Shown piece by piece: positions 1 to 9,891 of a stretch of 64,000 bases of DNA. Origin of the DNA: an uncultured delta proteobacterium (lineage in GTDB: Bacteria > Myxococcota_A > UBA9160 > SZUA-336); the NCBI GenBank assembly GCA_963704165.1, contig CAVPHD010000001.1:64001-128000 (forward strand). The letters run 5' to 3'. The translations under genes were made by a program, and so were the position numbers. The notes under the pieces are model-generated. The model ran no database searches, was not told where the DNA came from, and worked only from the letters and a program-made list of their open reading frames with translations. How positions within the stretch are numbered: position 1 is the first letter of the stretch; each line of letters opens with the position of its first letter.

Positions 1-37
1 TGCTGAACCTGCTCGCTTCCCGGCGGAAGCCGCGACC

Positions 38-970
38 TTGATTCGAGCGCGAGCGGGGCTTGCGGCGCGGGCCTTGGCTTGCGCCGCGCTCGCGAGCGCG
101 TGTGCGAGCACCGAGCCACCGCCCGCGCTCGTGCCGACCCAGGACCTGCTCGAAGTCGTCGCGCTCGTTCGGCTGCACGTCGATGACGACACCTATCGCT
201 TTCCTCCGGCTCGCGACTTCACCGGCAAGAACGTCTTCCGCGTGTCGTTCGAACGGCTCGAGAGCCTCGAGACCGCGAACCCCGAGAAGCTCTCCTCCGG
301 CTACGCGATCGATGTCGTCTGGTTCACCAAGGCGCGTGCGCTCGAACGCATCGGCGAGTACGACCTGGCGATGCGCCACTACGCGCGCGTGACGGAGCTC
401 GACTCGGAGCTTGCAGACGCCGCACGCGCCGGACGCGACGTGAATGCGCGGCTCTCGGGCGCGCGGGCGCTGGCGCCGCCAACGCGAGCGACGGCCGAAG
501 AGGCCGTGAACGCTCACGCGCGCCAGCGCGAAGAGCTCGAGGCTCTACGCGCCGAGGTCGCGACGACGCACTGGCGCTACGTCGTCGATGAAGAGCTGGA
601 GCGTGTCGATGCTTTCGAAGCCTCGACGCTCGCCGCGCACGCTGCCCTGGACCCGGGCTACGGCACCGCCGCGCTGCAGAGCGCGCAATCGCTCGTGCAA
701 GCGCATCGGCAGAGCAAGTACCACAACCGCCACCTGCTCGCGCTCGGGGATCTGTACGCCGCACTCTCACGCAGCTACGCGCAGCGATTTCCCCCGCCTT
801 CTCTCGGCTTCGACCCGGCCACGTTCGACGAGTACGCGCACGGCGCGACGCGCGTCTACGAGGTCGTCGCGCAGCAGGACGGCACCGTCGAGAAGCTCGA
901 AGGGGCGCACAAGCTCGAGGCATTTCTCGGCTTCACCATGCAGGTCTACGAGGAACGTGTCCCCCGCTAG
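38..970 (+). CDS. Hypothetical lipoprotein with TPR-like helical repeats
   Basis: 310-aa ORF; lipobox-like LASAC after a basic/hydrophobic N-terminus; TPR-like segment (KARALERIGEYDLAMRHYARV); overlaps the next gene. Confidence 0.7.
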   Translation: MIRARAGLAARALACAALASACASTEPPPALVPTQDLLEVVALVRLHVDDDTYRFPPARDFTGKNVFRVSFERLESLETANPEKLSSGYAIDVVWFTKARALERIGEYDLAMRHYARVTELDSELADAARAGRDVNARLSGARALAPPTRATAEEAVNAHARQREELEALRAEVATTHWRYVVDEELERVDAFEASTLAAHAALDPGYGTAALQSAQSLVQAHRQSKYHNRHLLALGDLYAALSRSYAQRFPPPSLGFDPATFDEYAHGATRVYEVVAQQDGTVEKLEGAHKLEAFLGFTMQVYEERVPR

Positions 971-3209
971 GTGCATCGTGGCGATCGCGATCGCTCTGTG
1001 CGCGTGCACGCGCGCGCCGACGCCCGCGGAGCTTCGACCGGTGCTGGACGGTCGGCCTGCGCGTGAGCCCCTGCCCGACGACGCCGAGCGCTTGGCCGCC
1101 CGTGTCGCGGCGGCCGCACTCGCGGGTCGGACCGATCAGGCGCTCTCTCTCGGCGAGTCACTCGCCGACGAGGACGAGCTGCGCGAGGCGAGAGGGGAGC
1201 GCCCATCGGGTCTCGCCGACAACGCGGCCGAGATCGCCGCAGCGTGCGACGGAAGCGAGGCGTTTCCGGCACATGCGCGCGTCCTGCTCGACCGCAGCGA
1301 TCTCGACGCCGCGTCGCGGCTTCGCCTCGAGCGGGCGATTGCGAGTGAACCGCTCGAGAGCGCCGATGCCGACGTATCGGCCGACCGACGCGGGAAGGCG
1401 GGTGCGATCTTCAATCGCATCATCGAGCCGGTTTCGAAGACCCTGCTCACCGGCATCCTGAATCCGATCGACGCGACACGCTCGACGATCGGAACGTTGC
1501 TCACCGCTCACCGCTTTCCCGGGGCGAGCGTGCGCGAGCGTCGAGCGCTGCGCACGTGGGACGACTGGCTGGCGCGACATCCGGACGATCCGCGGGCCCC
1601 CGAGGTCGCCGAACGCGCGCGACGTTTCCGGATGAAGCTCGCGGACGAGCGCTACGACCGCGCGATCTCGGGTGCGCGATCCGCGCTGGATTCTCGAGAA
1701 CTCGAACGCGCGCGGATTCTCGCCGGGCGGGCACTGCAAAGCCGGCCCGACAGCGAGACGGCCGCGAAGCTCTTCGAGCACGTGACCTCGGAGCTCGAAG
1801 TCCGCGATGCGCGCGTGCGCGACTCCCTCGAGATGCGCGATCTCGAGCCAGCTGGCCTCGACGAGAACTCCCGAGCCATCTATCTCGATCTCACGCGCGG
1901 AACGCTCGTCTCGCGGGCGGACGAGGTCGCCAGCCGCGCGAGCGCCTGGCGCACGCACGCCGCGCCACGGGAACTCGGAGGCGAACTCAGACTGCTGGAG
2001 AGCTTCGGACCGCGCTCACGCGGCGACGAGGACGGCTTCTTCGCTGGCTTGCGCAAGGTCGTCGAAGCGGCACCGCCGGGTGACACCGTGTCGCGTCAGG
2101 CCGTGTCGATCATGGCGGACCCGGACCAGAATCCGTACGCCTTCTACGTCGCCGCCCGGAGTGCAGACCGTCGCGCGCGGCTCGGCTGGCTGGCGCTCGG
2201 CCCGCACGCGAACGGACCGCGGAACCGCGACCTGCCGCGGCCGCTCGAGTACGTGCTCGATCTTCCTGCCGCGGCAATCTCACTCGTCACCTTCCCTTTG
2301 CGACTCCTGCAGTACCCGAACGCGAGCGTGAAATTCGGACAGGGCGTGCTGATCGCCGGCGAACGCTACACGGAACGGCATCCGAACGGACAACACGCGC
2401 CCGAGGTCGGCCGCGATCTCGCCGACCGCTTCGCTTCGCGGGGTCAGTTCAACGCGGCGCTCCGGCACGAGCAAGCGCTCGCCGATCCGGATCCTGCTCT
2501 GGTCGCGCGCTATCGCGAGAAGATCTCCGAGCAGATGCTCGGCGGCGTCGACCGCGAGCGACGCATCGACATGAAGCTCGCCCTGCTCGCCGCGATTGCG
2601 CGCGACTACCCGGAGACGAGCGCGGGCGAGCGGGCGCGGACGCGGTTCATCGCCGAGAAGAGCGCGATCACGGCGCAGAGAATCCGACTCACCCACGGAT
2701 TTCTCGTCGAGCATCCGGAACTCTGGGCGCCCGGAACGCTCGAGCTGAACCCCGAGCTTCTGGACGGCTCGCTGCGCAACGGAGAGATCGCGGAAAGCGG
2801 CGTCGTGCTGATCGGCCGGAACTCGATCGAGATCGCACTCGAAGGCCGCGACCCCGTCGTACGCCAGATCTCCGCCGAGGACTTCGCGCGATTCATCGCC
2901 CGCCTCGAGCAAGCCAGCTACGCGACGCTGACGCGCGACCCTCGGGAGTCCCCGATCGCCGACCCGGCGCGCGATTCCTTCTTCGCATCTGCCCGTCTCG
3001 GAGTCGTCGATGAGTCGGATCTGCGCCCGTCTGCGCGCTCCGAAGCCATCTACCGAAGCACGCACGAGAAGCACGGCTTCGTGAACGCGCGAGAGAGCAT
3101 CTTGCCGGTCGATCTGGTCCTGCGCGGCGACATCGAGTCCCTCGGCCTGGCCGCGTTCCCGCGCATCCGGATGCCCGACGCTCCCGCCGACTCCCTGCTC
3201 TACGACTGA
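957..3209 (+). CDS. Large hypothetical alpha-helical/TPR-like lipoprotein
   Basis: Within ORF 588..3209; likely GTG start at 957 after GAGGA; signal ending in LCAC; TPR-like segments. Confidence 0.65.
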   Translation: MSPARCIVAIAIALCACTRAPTPAELRPVLDGRPAREPLPDDAERLAARVAAAALAGRTDQALSLGESLADEDELREARGERPSGLADNAAEIAAACDGSEAFPAHARVLLDRSDLDAASRLRLERAIASEPLESADADVSADRRGKAGAIFNRIIEPVSKTLLTGILNPIDATRSTIGTLLTAHRFPGASVRERRALRTWDDWLARHPDDPRAPEVAERARRFRMKLADERYDRAISGARSALDSRELERARILAGRALQSRPDSETAAKLFEHVTSELEVRDARVRDSLEMRDLEPAGLDENSRAIYLDLTRGTLVSRADEVASRASAWRTHAAPRELGGELRLLESFGPRSRGDEDGFFAGLRKVVEAAPPGDTVSRQAVSIMADPDQNPYAFYVAARSADRRARLGWLALGPHANGPRNRDLPRPLEYVLDLPAAAISLVTFPLRLLQYPNASVKFGQGVLIAGERYTERHPNGQHAPEVGRDLADRFASRGQFNAALRHEQALADPDPALVARYREKISEQMLGGVDRERRIDMKLALLAAIARDYPETSAGERARTRFIAEKSAITAQRIRLTHGFLVEHPELWAPGTLELNPELLDGSLRNGEIAESGVVLIGRNSIEIALEGRDPVVRQISAEDFARFIARLEQASYATLTRDPRESPIADPARDSFFASARLGVVDESDLRPSARSEAIYRSTHEKHGFVNARESILPVDLVLRGDIESLGLAAFPRIRMPDAPADSLLYD

Positions 3210-4438
3210 CGCGGATCCGCGTAGGCGCGCGCGAGGAGCTCCACGGGATGAAGCACTTCGACCGAAAGACGCGAAGCGCGCACACCCGCACCGATCTGAA
3301 GCAGACAACCCGGGTTCCCCGTGGCGACGGCATCGGGTGCCGAATCGCGGATCGCCTGGATCTTGCGCTCGAGCAGGCGTGCCGACATCGCGGGCTGCGT
3401 CAGGTTGTAGATTCCGGCGGCACCACAACAGTCGCGACAACCCTCCAGGTCGAAGAGCTCGAGCTCCGGGATCGCGCGCAGTAGCGCGCGCGGCGCCGAG
3501 GCGACGCGTTGACCGTGCAGGAGATGACACGGATCGTCGTAAGCCACGCGCATTCGAAGCGGTCGGGGGATCTCTCGCAGTCCGGCATCGGCGAGGAATT
3601 CGGTCACGTCGCGGACCTTGTGCGCGAGGTCGTCCCCCATGTCGCGCAGCGCGGCGCCGCAGCCCGCCGAGTTCAGGATCACGGCGTCGATCCCGTCGAT
3701 CCGGAAGGCCGCTCGATTCGCAGAGTGCAGGCTCTCCGCGGCTTCGTGATCACCCGCGTGGCGATGCAGCGCACCGCAGCAGACCTGCCCCGCTGGTACG
3801 TCGACCTCGAAACCGTTGCGCGCGAGCACGTCGATCGTCGCGGCGTTCACCGGACCGAACATTTCCGGCATGATGCAACCCGAGAAGAAGGCGACGCGCC
3901 CACGTCGCACACCGCGTGCAGGGACCCGAAGCGGTGCGCGGTGGGCATCGGGAATCCGCGGCAGCATCTGCTCCATCCGGGCCAACGGCGGAACGATCGA
4001 GAGCAGGCGCGACGCGCGCAGCGCTCGCTGGAGACCACTGCGCTGGTACGCGCGCAGCGCTCCACCGAATGCGTGCAGCACGCGCCTCGATGCGACGACC
4101 CGGCGCAGGGCGATCCGAGAGACGAATCGACGCACGCGCCCGCGAGCCCCGCGCACGTCGATCTCGGCGCGCATGCTCTCGACCAGGTGGCCATAGCGCA
4201 CGCCGGCCGGACAAGCCGACTCGCATGCGCGGCACGCCAGACAGAGGGCCATCTCATCGACGACCAGGTCATCGAGCGGAATGCGCCCCTCGGCAACGCC
4301 GCGCATCAGGTAGATGCGTCCGCGCGGAGAGCTCGATTCGCGCCCGGTCTCCTGGTAGGTCGGGCAGTGCGGCAGGCACAGACCACAGTGGACACAATCG
4401 AGTGTCGCCTGGTAGTCGAGCAGGCCGTACTCCGCCAC
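3200..4438 (-). CDS. glcF: Glycolate oxidase iron-sulfur subunit
   Basis: Two CxxCxxCxxxCP ferredoxin motifs and two CCG domains; follows glcDE. Confidence 0.9.
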   Translation of the reverse strand: MAEYGLLDYQATLDCVHCGLCLPHCPTYQETGRESSSPRGRIYLMRGVAEGRIPLDDLVVDEMALCLACRACESACPAGVRYGHLVESMRAEIDVRGARGRVRRFVSRIALRRVVASRRVLHAFGGALRAYQRSGLQRALRASRLLSIVPPLARMEQMLPRIPDAHRAPLRVPARGVRRGRVAFFSGCIMPEMFGPVNAATIDVLARNGFEVDVPAGQVCCGALHRHAGDHEAAESLHSANRAAFRIDGIDAVILNSAGCGAALRDMGDDLAHKVRDVTEFLADAGLREIPRPLRMRVAYDDPCHLLHGQRVASAPRALLRAIPELELFDLEGCRDCCGAAGIYNLTQPAMSARLLERKIQAIRDSAPDAVATGNPGCLLQIGAGVRASRLSVEVLHPVELLARAYADPRQS

Positions 4439-4441
4439 CGT

Positions 4442-5638
4442 TCAGATCCCTCCGACGAAGCGGCCCGGTGAGAGCACGCGGCGGGGATCGAAGCGCGCCT
4501 TGACCGCGCGCATCAACGCGAGTGAATCCGGCGCAGGCCCGAAGACGTCACAGGGCGGCGACCCGGCGTCTCGCGCGCGCTCGGCGAAGAACAGCGCATC
4601 GAGCCGCTCGGCGGCCGCGAAAAGCCGCGGCAACGTTCCATCGTCGGCCTCGACGACGACCGAACCCGCGATCGGGAAGATCGCACGGAGCGAATCGGCG
4701 CCCGCTGCTTCGCCGGCCGCTCGGCACAACGCGGTGACGTCGCTCGGACGCGCGGAGAGACGCACTCGTGCGCCGCCCGCCGAGGGCGGAGTCGCAAACG
4801 ACATCCGAAGCTCCACCCAGCGCAGGGACGACACCGCATCACCCGGAATCCGCGCCGCTTCCCGTGCGACGGATCGCGTGTCCCCGGTCAGTCGGTAGAG
4901 AAGCTCGACGCCGTTCGCGTCCGTGAGCAGCGCCGCGCCGACGGGTGGCGAAGAAGCCGCCACGCCGGTGAACGCGAGAATCCCGCTCTCGAGCGACGGA
5001 AATCGGGCCGAGATGACGCGCTCGCACTCCGGTGCGGCGCGTAGACGGAACGTCGCACGCGTGATCACGCCGAGTGTTCCGAATGATCCGCAATAGAGCC
5101 TCGCGAGATCGAAGCCGCTCACGTTCTTCACGACCCGCCCGCCGGCGAACGCGATCTCGCCGTTCGCGAGCGCGATCTCGATGCCGAGTATCTCGTTCGC
5201 CAACCGCCCGTCGAGCGACCAGTCCGGCCCGAACGGATCTGCGGCGAGCGCGCCACCGATCGTCCCGTGGGAAGCGAGCTCGGAAAGCGCGCTCGTCTTG
5301 CCGAGAGCCTCGAGCCGGCGCGCGAATTCGGCGGTGCGCACGCCCGCATCGAGCGTCGCGATGCCCTCGTCGGCATCGATCTCGATCGCCTCCGAGATGC
5401 GGCCGAGATCGAGCCGGATGATCGAGCTCGCGGCGAGCGGGTTTCCGAGGTGCTGTCGTGTTCCCGCGCCATGTGCGACGACGGGGAGCGCCGCCTCACC
5501 GGCGATGCGCAGGCACGCGGCGAGTTCGCGCGCGTCCTTGGGCCGAACGATCGCGGCGACGCGCGCACCCGCGAGCGTGAGCGACCCCGGTCGCTCGACG
5601 TTTGGAACGCCGACGACCGCCTCGAATGCGTCTCCCAC
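4442..5638 (-). CDS. glcE: Glycolate oxidase FAD-binding subunit (GlcE-like)
   Basis: GGRVVKNVSGFDLARLYCGSFGTLGVI and KARFDP motifs; GTG start at 5638 next to the glcD stop. Confidence 0.85.
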   Translation of the reverse strand: MGDAFEAVVGVPNVERPGSLTLAGARVAAIVRPKDARELAACLRIAGEAALPVVAHGAGTRQHLGNPLAASSIIRLDLGRISEAIEIDADEGIATLDAGVRTAEFARRLEALGKTSALSELASHGTIGGALAADPFGPDWSLDGRLANEILGIEIALANGEIAFAGGRVVKNVSGFDLARLYCGSFGTLGVITRATFRLRAAPECERVISARFPSLESGILAFTGVAASSPPVGAALLTDANGVELLYRLTGDTRSVAREAARIPGDAVSSLRWVELRMSFATPPSAGGARVRLSARPSDVTALCRAAGEAAGADSLRAIFPIAGSVVVEADDGTLPRLFAAAERLDALFFAERARDAGSPPCDVFGPAPDSLALMRAVKARFDPRRVLSPGRFVGGI

Positions 5639-5640
5639 GG

Positions 5641-7089
5641 CTAGAAGCTCACGTGCTCGTAGCCGCGGTGACGCGGATTGCTCTCCGCACACGCCCGCGG
5701 TGCGGGGATCTGCTTGCCGGGATTGCAGCGATCATCCGGATCGAACGCATCGTGCACCCAGCGCATCGGCAGGAGATCCACCTCGGAGAACATCAGGCAC
5801 ATGTAGTCGCGCTTCTCCAGCCCGATGCCATGCTCACCCGAGAGCACACCGCCCGCGTCGATGCAGATGCGCAGGATCTTCTCGCCGAGCGCGCGGACCG
5901 TGCGCAGCTGCTCCGGATCGCGCCGGTCGAAGCTGATGTTCGGGTGCAGATTTCCGTCACCGGCGTGCAGGATGTTCGCGATCCGGATGCCGCAGACCTC
6001 GGCCGCGCGGCCGATGGCATCGACGACTTCCGGGAGCTTCGTCCGCGGCACGACGGCGTCGTGAACGTAGAGGTCGGGCGCGAGCCGCCCCATCGCACCG
6101 AACGCGCCCTTGCGACCACGCCAGAGCGCGAGCCGCTCCGCCTCGTCGCGCGCGACGCGGACCTCGACGGCGTTGCCCGCGGCGCAGATCTCGCTGATCC
6201 GCTCGCGTTCGCCAGCGACCGCGATCTCCGGACCGTCGAGCTCCACGAGCAGCACGGCTCGCGCATCCCGCGGGTAACCGGCCGCGTACACCGACGCCTC
6301 GACCGCGTCGATCGTCCGGTCGTCGAGCAGCTCGAGCGCCGACGGCACGATCCCACGCGCGATGATCGCGGAGACCACGGCGCAGGCGTCGCGCAGGCTC
6401 GTGAATCCAGCGAGAAGCGTGGCGACCGTCTCGGGCAGCGGGACGAGCCGGACGGTCGCCGCACAGACGATGCCAAGCGTTCCCTCCGAGCCGACGAAGA
6501 CACCACGCAGGTCATAGCCGTGCGCGTGCCCGTCTCGCCGGCCGAGCCGCACGATGCTGGCGTCCGGCAGCACGACCTCGAGTTCGAGCACGTGCGGGCT
6601 CGTGGTTCCGTACTTCAGCGTGTGCGGGCCGCCGCTGTTCTCGGCAATGTTCCCGCCGATCGTGCACGCGGATTGGCTCGACGGATCCGGGGCGTAGAAC
6701 AGGCCGAGCGGGCGCACCACTTGGGAGAGATGCTCGTTGATCACTCCCGGCTGCACGGTCGCGGTGCGATTGCTGGCGTCGATCGCGAGCAGTCGATCCA
6801 TGCGCGCACATTCGATCACGACGCTGCCGTACACGGGCGTCGCCCCGCCCGAGAGGCCCGTGCCCGCACCGCGGGGCACGTACGGCACGCCCGCCGCATT
6901 GCAGGCGCGGACGATCGCGGACACGGCTTCGCTCGTCGTCGGAAATGCCACGCACAGGGGTGCGCCTCGCTCGAGCGTCAGCCCGTCGGACTCGTACGCG
7001 AAGAGCTCTCCGGGGCGGGTCAGGACCTCGACGACGTCGGGGAGCGCGCGCAGACGCTGCGCGAGTTCACCCGCATCGGCTGGAGCCAC
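5641..7089 (-). CDS. glcD: Glycolate oxidase subunit GlcD (FAD-linked oxidase)
   Basis: PRGAGTGLSGG, PDPSSQSACTIGGN, HAGDGNLHP, GEHGIG motifs; GTG start at 7089. Confidence 0.9.
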   Translation of the reverse strand: MAPADAGELAQRLRALPDVVEVLTRPGELFAYESDGLTLERGAPLCVAFPTTSEAVSAIVRACNAAGVPYVPRGAGTGLSGGATPVYGSVVIECARMDRLLAIDASNRTATVQPGVINEHLSQVVRPLGLFYAPDPSSQSACTIGGNIAENSGGPHTLKYGTTSPHVLELEVVLPDASIVRLGRRDGHAHGYDLRGVFVGSEGTLGIVCAATVRLVPLPETVATLLAGFTSLRDACAVVSAIIARGIVPSALELLDDRTIDAVEASVYAAGYPRDARAVLLVELDGPEIAVAGERERISEICAAGNAVEVRVARDEAERLALWRGRKGAFGAMGRLAPDLYVHDAVVPRTKLPEVVDAIGRAAEVCGIRIANILHAGDGNLHPNISFDRRDPEQLRTVRALGEKILRICIDAGGVLSGEHGIGLEKRDYMCLMFSEVDLLPMRWVHDAFDPDDRCNPGKQIPAPRACAESNPRHRGYEHVSF

Positions 7090-7097
7090 GGTCCGGC

Positions 7098-8135
7098 TCA
7101 GGCAAGTCCGAGGCGCTCGACCTCTTCCTCGTCCATACCCAGGAAGTGACCGACCTCGTGCTTCACGGTGATCTGGATCTGCTCGATGAGATCCTCGTTG
7201 TCCTTCGCGATCCGCTCGAGATTGCGCTTGAAGAGCAGGATGCGATCGGTGTCGGTGCGTTGGAGGGTACCCAGGGTCGGGCTGGCACCGGCTTCGGTCG
7301 CGGGCACACCCAGGAAGACCCCGAGGACTTGGGGCGAAACGTATTCCCGCCGCACCAGCTCGTCGCCCGGCAGGTCCTCGATGATCACGGGGCAGTTCTC
7401 GATGTACTTGTGGATCGGCTCGGGCAGGCCTTTCAGCGCCTGCTCGGCCGCCGCCTCGAACTCGGCTTCGCCGATCCGGATCGGCAGCGGGTAGAGATCG
7501 GGAGCGAGGTGCGCCGCCCTGGCGAAGAGCTTCTCCGCCTCTTCGAGCCGGCCGCCGTGCTCGGTGACGAGCGCGAGGTGGTAGGTGCTGTGGGCGCACT
7601 CGTGCTCGAGGGCGAGCGCTCGCTCGAGCGAGCGTCGCGCCTCGTCGAACTGCCCGATCTCGAAGAGCACCTGGCCTTCGAAGCCCCGGTAGATGCCCAC
7701 CTCGCCCTGGATCTTGATCGCCCGGCGGAGCAGGAAGAGCGCGCCCTCCAGGTCGTCCAGGTAGAAGAGCGCCTTCGCCTTCAGGTAGTAGACCTCCGCC
7801 TCGACGGGCTTCTCGAGGGAGGTCTGGAGCAGGTCGTCGGCAAGGTCGAGGGCCTCTTCGAACTCCTGGAACTCCTCGATCATGATCTCGATCCGGTTCA
7901 GCTGGCCGGGCTGGTAGTCGGCTTCGGCCTCGAGCGCGCGCTCGAACTCCTGGAGCGCATCCTCATGCCGGCCGCAGTCCCAGAACAGCTCGCCGCGGCT
8001 GTTGTGGGCCTCCGCCCCTTCGGGGTTGGCCTTCAGGGCCTCGTCCAACCAGGCCATCGCCTCATCCGGCTGCCCGTTCGAGGAGGCTTCCATGGCCTGG
8101 TCCAAACAATCCCAATACCGATCTCGATCGAGCAT
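7098..8135 (-). CDS. TPR-repeat protein with C-terminal zincin-like (minimal) metallopeptidase domain
   Basis: Several TPRs followed by DRILLF...TVKHEVGHFLG (HExxH). Confidence 0.85.
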   Translation of the reverse strand: MLDRDRYWDCLDQAMEASSNGQPDEAMAWLDEALKANPEGAEAHNSRGELFWDCGRHEDALQEFERALEAEADYQPGQLNRIEIMIEEFQEFEEALDLADDLLQTSLEKPVEAEVYYLKAKALFYLDDLEGALFLLRRAIKIQGEVGIYRGFEGQVLFEIGQFDEARRSLERALALEHECAHSTYHLALVTEHGGRLEEAEKLFARAAHLAPDLYPLPIRIGEAEFEAAAEQALKGLPEPIHKYIENCPVIIEDLPGDELVRREYVSPQVLGVFLGVPATEAGASPTLGTLQRTDTDRILLFKRNLERIAKDNEDLIEQIQITVKHEVGHFLGMDEEEVERLGLA

Positions 8136-8160
8136 GTCGTTGCCCCCTGGACCGCGCGCG

Positions 8161-8169
8161 ATTCTAGCA
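8161..8169 (-). promoter_or_regulatory. Extended -10 promoter element for the TPR-zincin/glcDEF unit
   Basis: TGCTAGAAT (TGn-TAGAAT) on the minus strand about 25 nt upstream of the ATG at 8135. Confidence 0.4.
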
Positions 8170-8284
8170 AACCGCGCTCTCGCGCTGCTCGCGAGGCCAC
8201 CGTCGATGAAATCCGGTAACTAATGGATAATAAAAGAGAATTTGCATCCCTGGCGAAGCCGGCCGAGACGCCTCACGCAGATTC

Positions 8285-8992
8285 TCAGCGACTCGCCTCA
8301 CCGGGCACGAGGATGCAGTGGCAGCTTGCGCAGGCGTGGACTTCGCCCGCGACGACTCGATTCATCACTTCGGGTGGCAGCGTGCGGTGACATGCCGAGC
8401 ATCCGCCGTGTTCGATTCGCGCGATTCCGTTCGCACGCGTCTTCAGCACGCGTGAGTACAGCGCCTCGACCCTCGGTCCGAGCCCGACGAGGAGCGCGCC
8501 GCGCTCTTCGACGCGCTGGGTGAGCTGCTTCTCGACCTCGGCGAGCTGCACGCGCAGCTCCTCGATTTCCTTGCTCGACTCGCGATCCGTCTGACTCGCG
8601 ACCGCTTCCGCGTGCTTCAGCTCTTCGGTCGCACCCTCGACCGATTCCATCGCGAGCAGGATCGCGTCCTCGATCTCGGCGATGCGTTGGGTGTGCGTCT
8701 CGATCTCGTGGAGCAGGGTCGTGTACTCCTTGTTCGTCTTCACGACCGCGGACTGCGCTTGGAACTTGCTTCGCCTCGCGCCGAGGTCCTGTGCCTCGGC
8801 CTCGTGCGTGCGGCGATCCTTCTCCGCGGTCTCGAGGCGCGCTCGTACCTGCGCCGCCGAGTCGCGCGCCGCTGCCGCACGCGCCTCCGCGGCGGCGATG
8901 GCCTGCGGCAGACGGGCGCGCTCGCGCTCGAGAGCCAGAATCGCGGACTCGGCTTCGGCGAGCTGCGACAGGCTCGGATTCGAGGCATCCAT
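8285..8992 (-). CDS. Coiled-coil protein with C4 zinc ribbon (DUF164/CT398-like)
   Basis: Long heptad coiled coil with NKEY, then CSACH...CASCHCIL. Confidence 0.85.
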   Translation of the reverse strand: MDASNPSLSQLAEAESAILALERERARLPQAIAAAEARAAAARDSAAQVRARLETAEKDRRTHEAEAQDLGARRSKFQAQSAVVKTNKEYTTLLHEIETHTQRIAEIEDAILLAMESVEGATEELKHAEAVASQTDRESSKEIEELRVQLAEVEKQLTQRVEERGALLVGLGPRVEALYSRVLKTRANGIARIEHGGCSACHRTLPPEVMNRVVAGEVHACASCHCILVPGEASR

Positions 8993-9054
8993 CGCGGCGA
9001 ACCTCTCATGTCGCCCCGCGCCGGTCAACCGATTCGACTAGACTCGAGACTCGC

Positions 9055-9888
9055 ATGGTCGAGCCTCGCCCGTTCGCGAAGTTCCCGTTCGCCCCGGACC
9101 TGCTCGAGGGGCAGACGGCGCTCGTCACCGGAGGTGGAAGCGGACTCGGGCGCGTGATCGCCGAGGCCCTCGCGCGCGCCGGCGCCAACCTGCTTCTCGC
9201 CGCGCGGCGAGTCGAGCGCTGTGAGATCGCCGCCAAGGAGATCCGCGAAGCGACCGGCCGCCGCGTCGAGGCTGCATTCGTGAACATCCGCGAGCGTGAC
9301 TCGGTCGAGGCGCTCGATGTGCACGCACACGATCTGTTCGGGCGGATCGACATCCTGATCAACAATGCGGGCGGTCAGTTCCCGCAGCCGGCGCGGGAAT
9401 TCAAACCGAAGGGCTGGCAGGCGGTGATCGACACCAATCTGACCGGCACCTGGAACATGATGCAGGTCTTCGGAAACCGGATGCTCGATGGCTCGGGTGG
9501 CGTGATCACGAACGTGATCGCCGTCGTGGGAAGGGGTTTTCCGGGGATCGCACACACCGCAGCTGCACGCGCGGGCGTACTCGAGCTCACGCGGACGCTC
9601 GCCTACGAGTGGGGGCCGAAGCTGCGGCTGAACTGCGTCGCTCCCGGTCCGGTCTCGACCGATGCGTTCCAATCGACCTACGACCCCGACATCGCGCGGG
9701 TCTTCGAAGGCATTCCGCTCGCGCGCCTCGGCACACGGGAGGAGATCGCGAACTCGGTCGTGTTCATCTCCTCGCCGGCGGCGAGCTACGTGACCGGAGA
9801 GGTCTTGTTCGTCGCCGGCGGCCAACAGAGCTACGGCCGCAACCAGGCGCTCTTCGACCACCAGCTCGGCAAGAAGGAAGGGATCTGA
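9055..9888 (+). CDS. SDR oxidoreductase (trans-2-enoyl-CoA/2,4-dienoyl-CoA reductase-like)
   Basis: TGGGSGLG, NNAGGQF, HTAAARAG, NCVAPG motifs. Confidence 0.85.
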   Translation: MVEPRPFAKFPFAPDLLEGQTALVTGGGSGLGRVIAEALARAGANLLLAARRVERCEIAAKEIREATGRRVEAAFVNIRERDSVEALDVHAHDLFGRIDILINNAGGQFPQPAREFKPKGWQAVIDTNLTGTWNMMQVFGNRMLDGSGGVITNVIAVVGRGFPGIAHTAAARAGVLELTRTLAYEWGPKLRLNCVAPGPVSTDAFQSTYDPDIARVFEGIPLARLGTREEIANSVVFISSPAASYVTGEVLFVAGGQQSYGRNQALFDHQLGKKEGI

Positions 9889-9891
9889 ACG

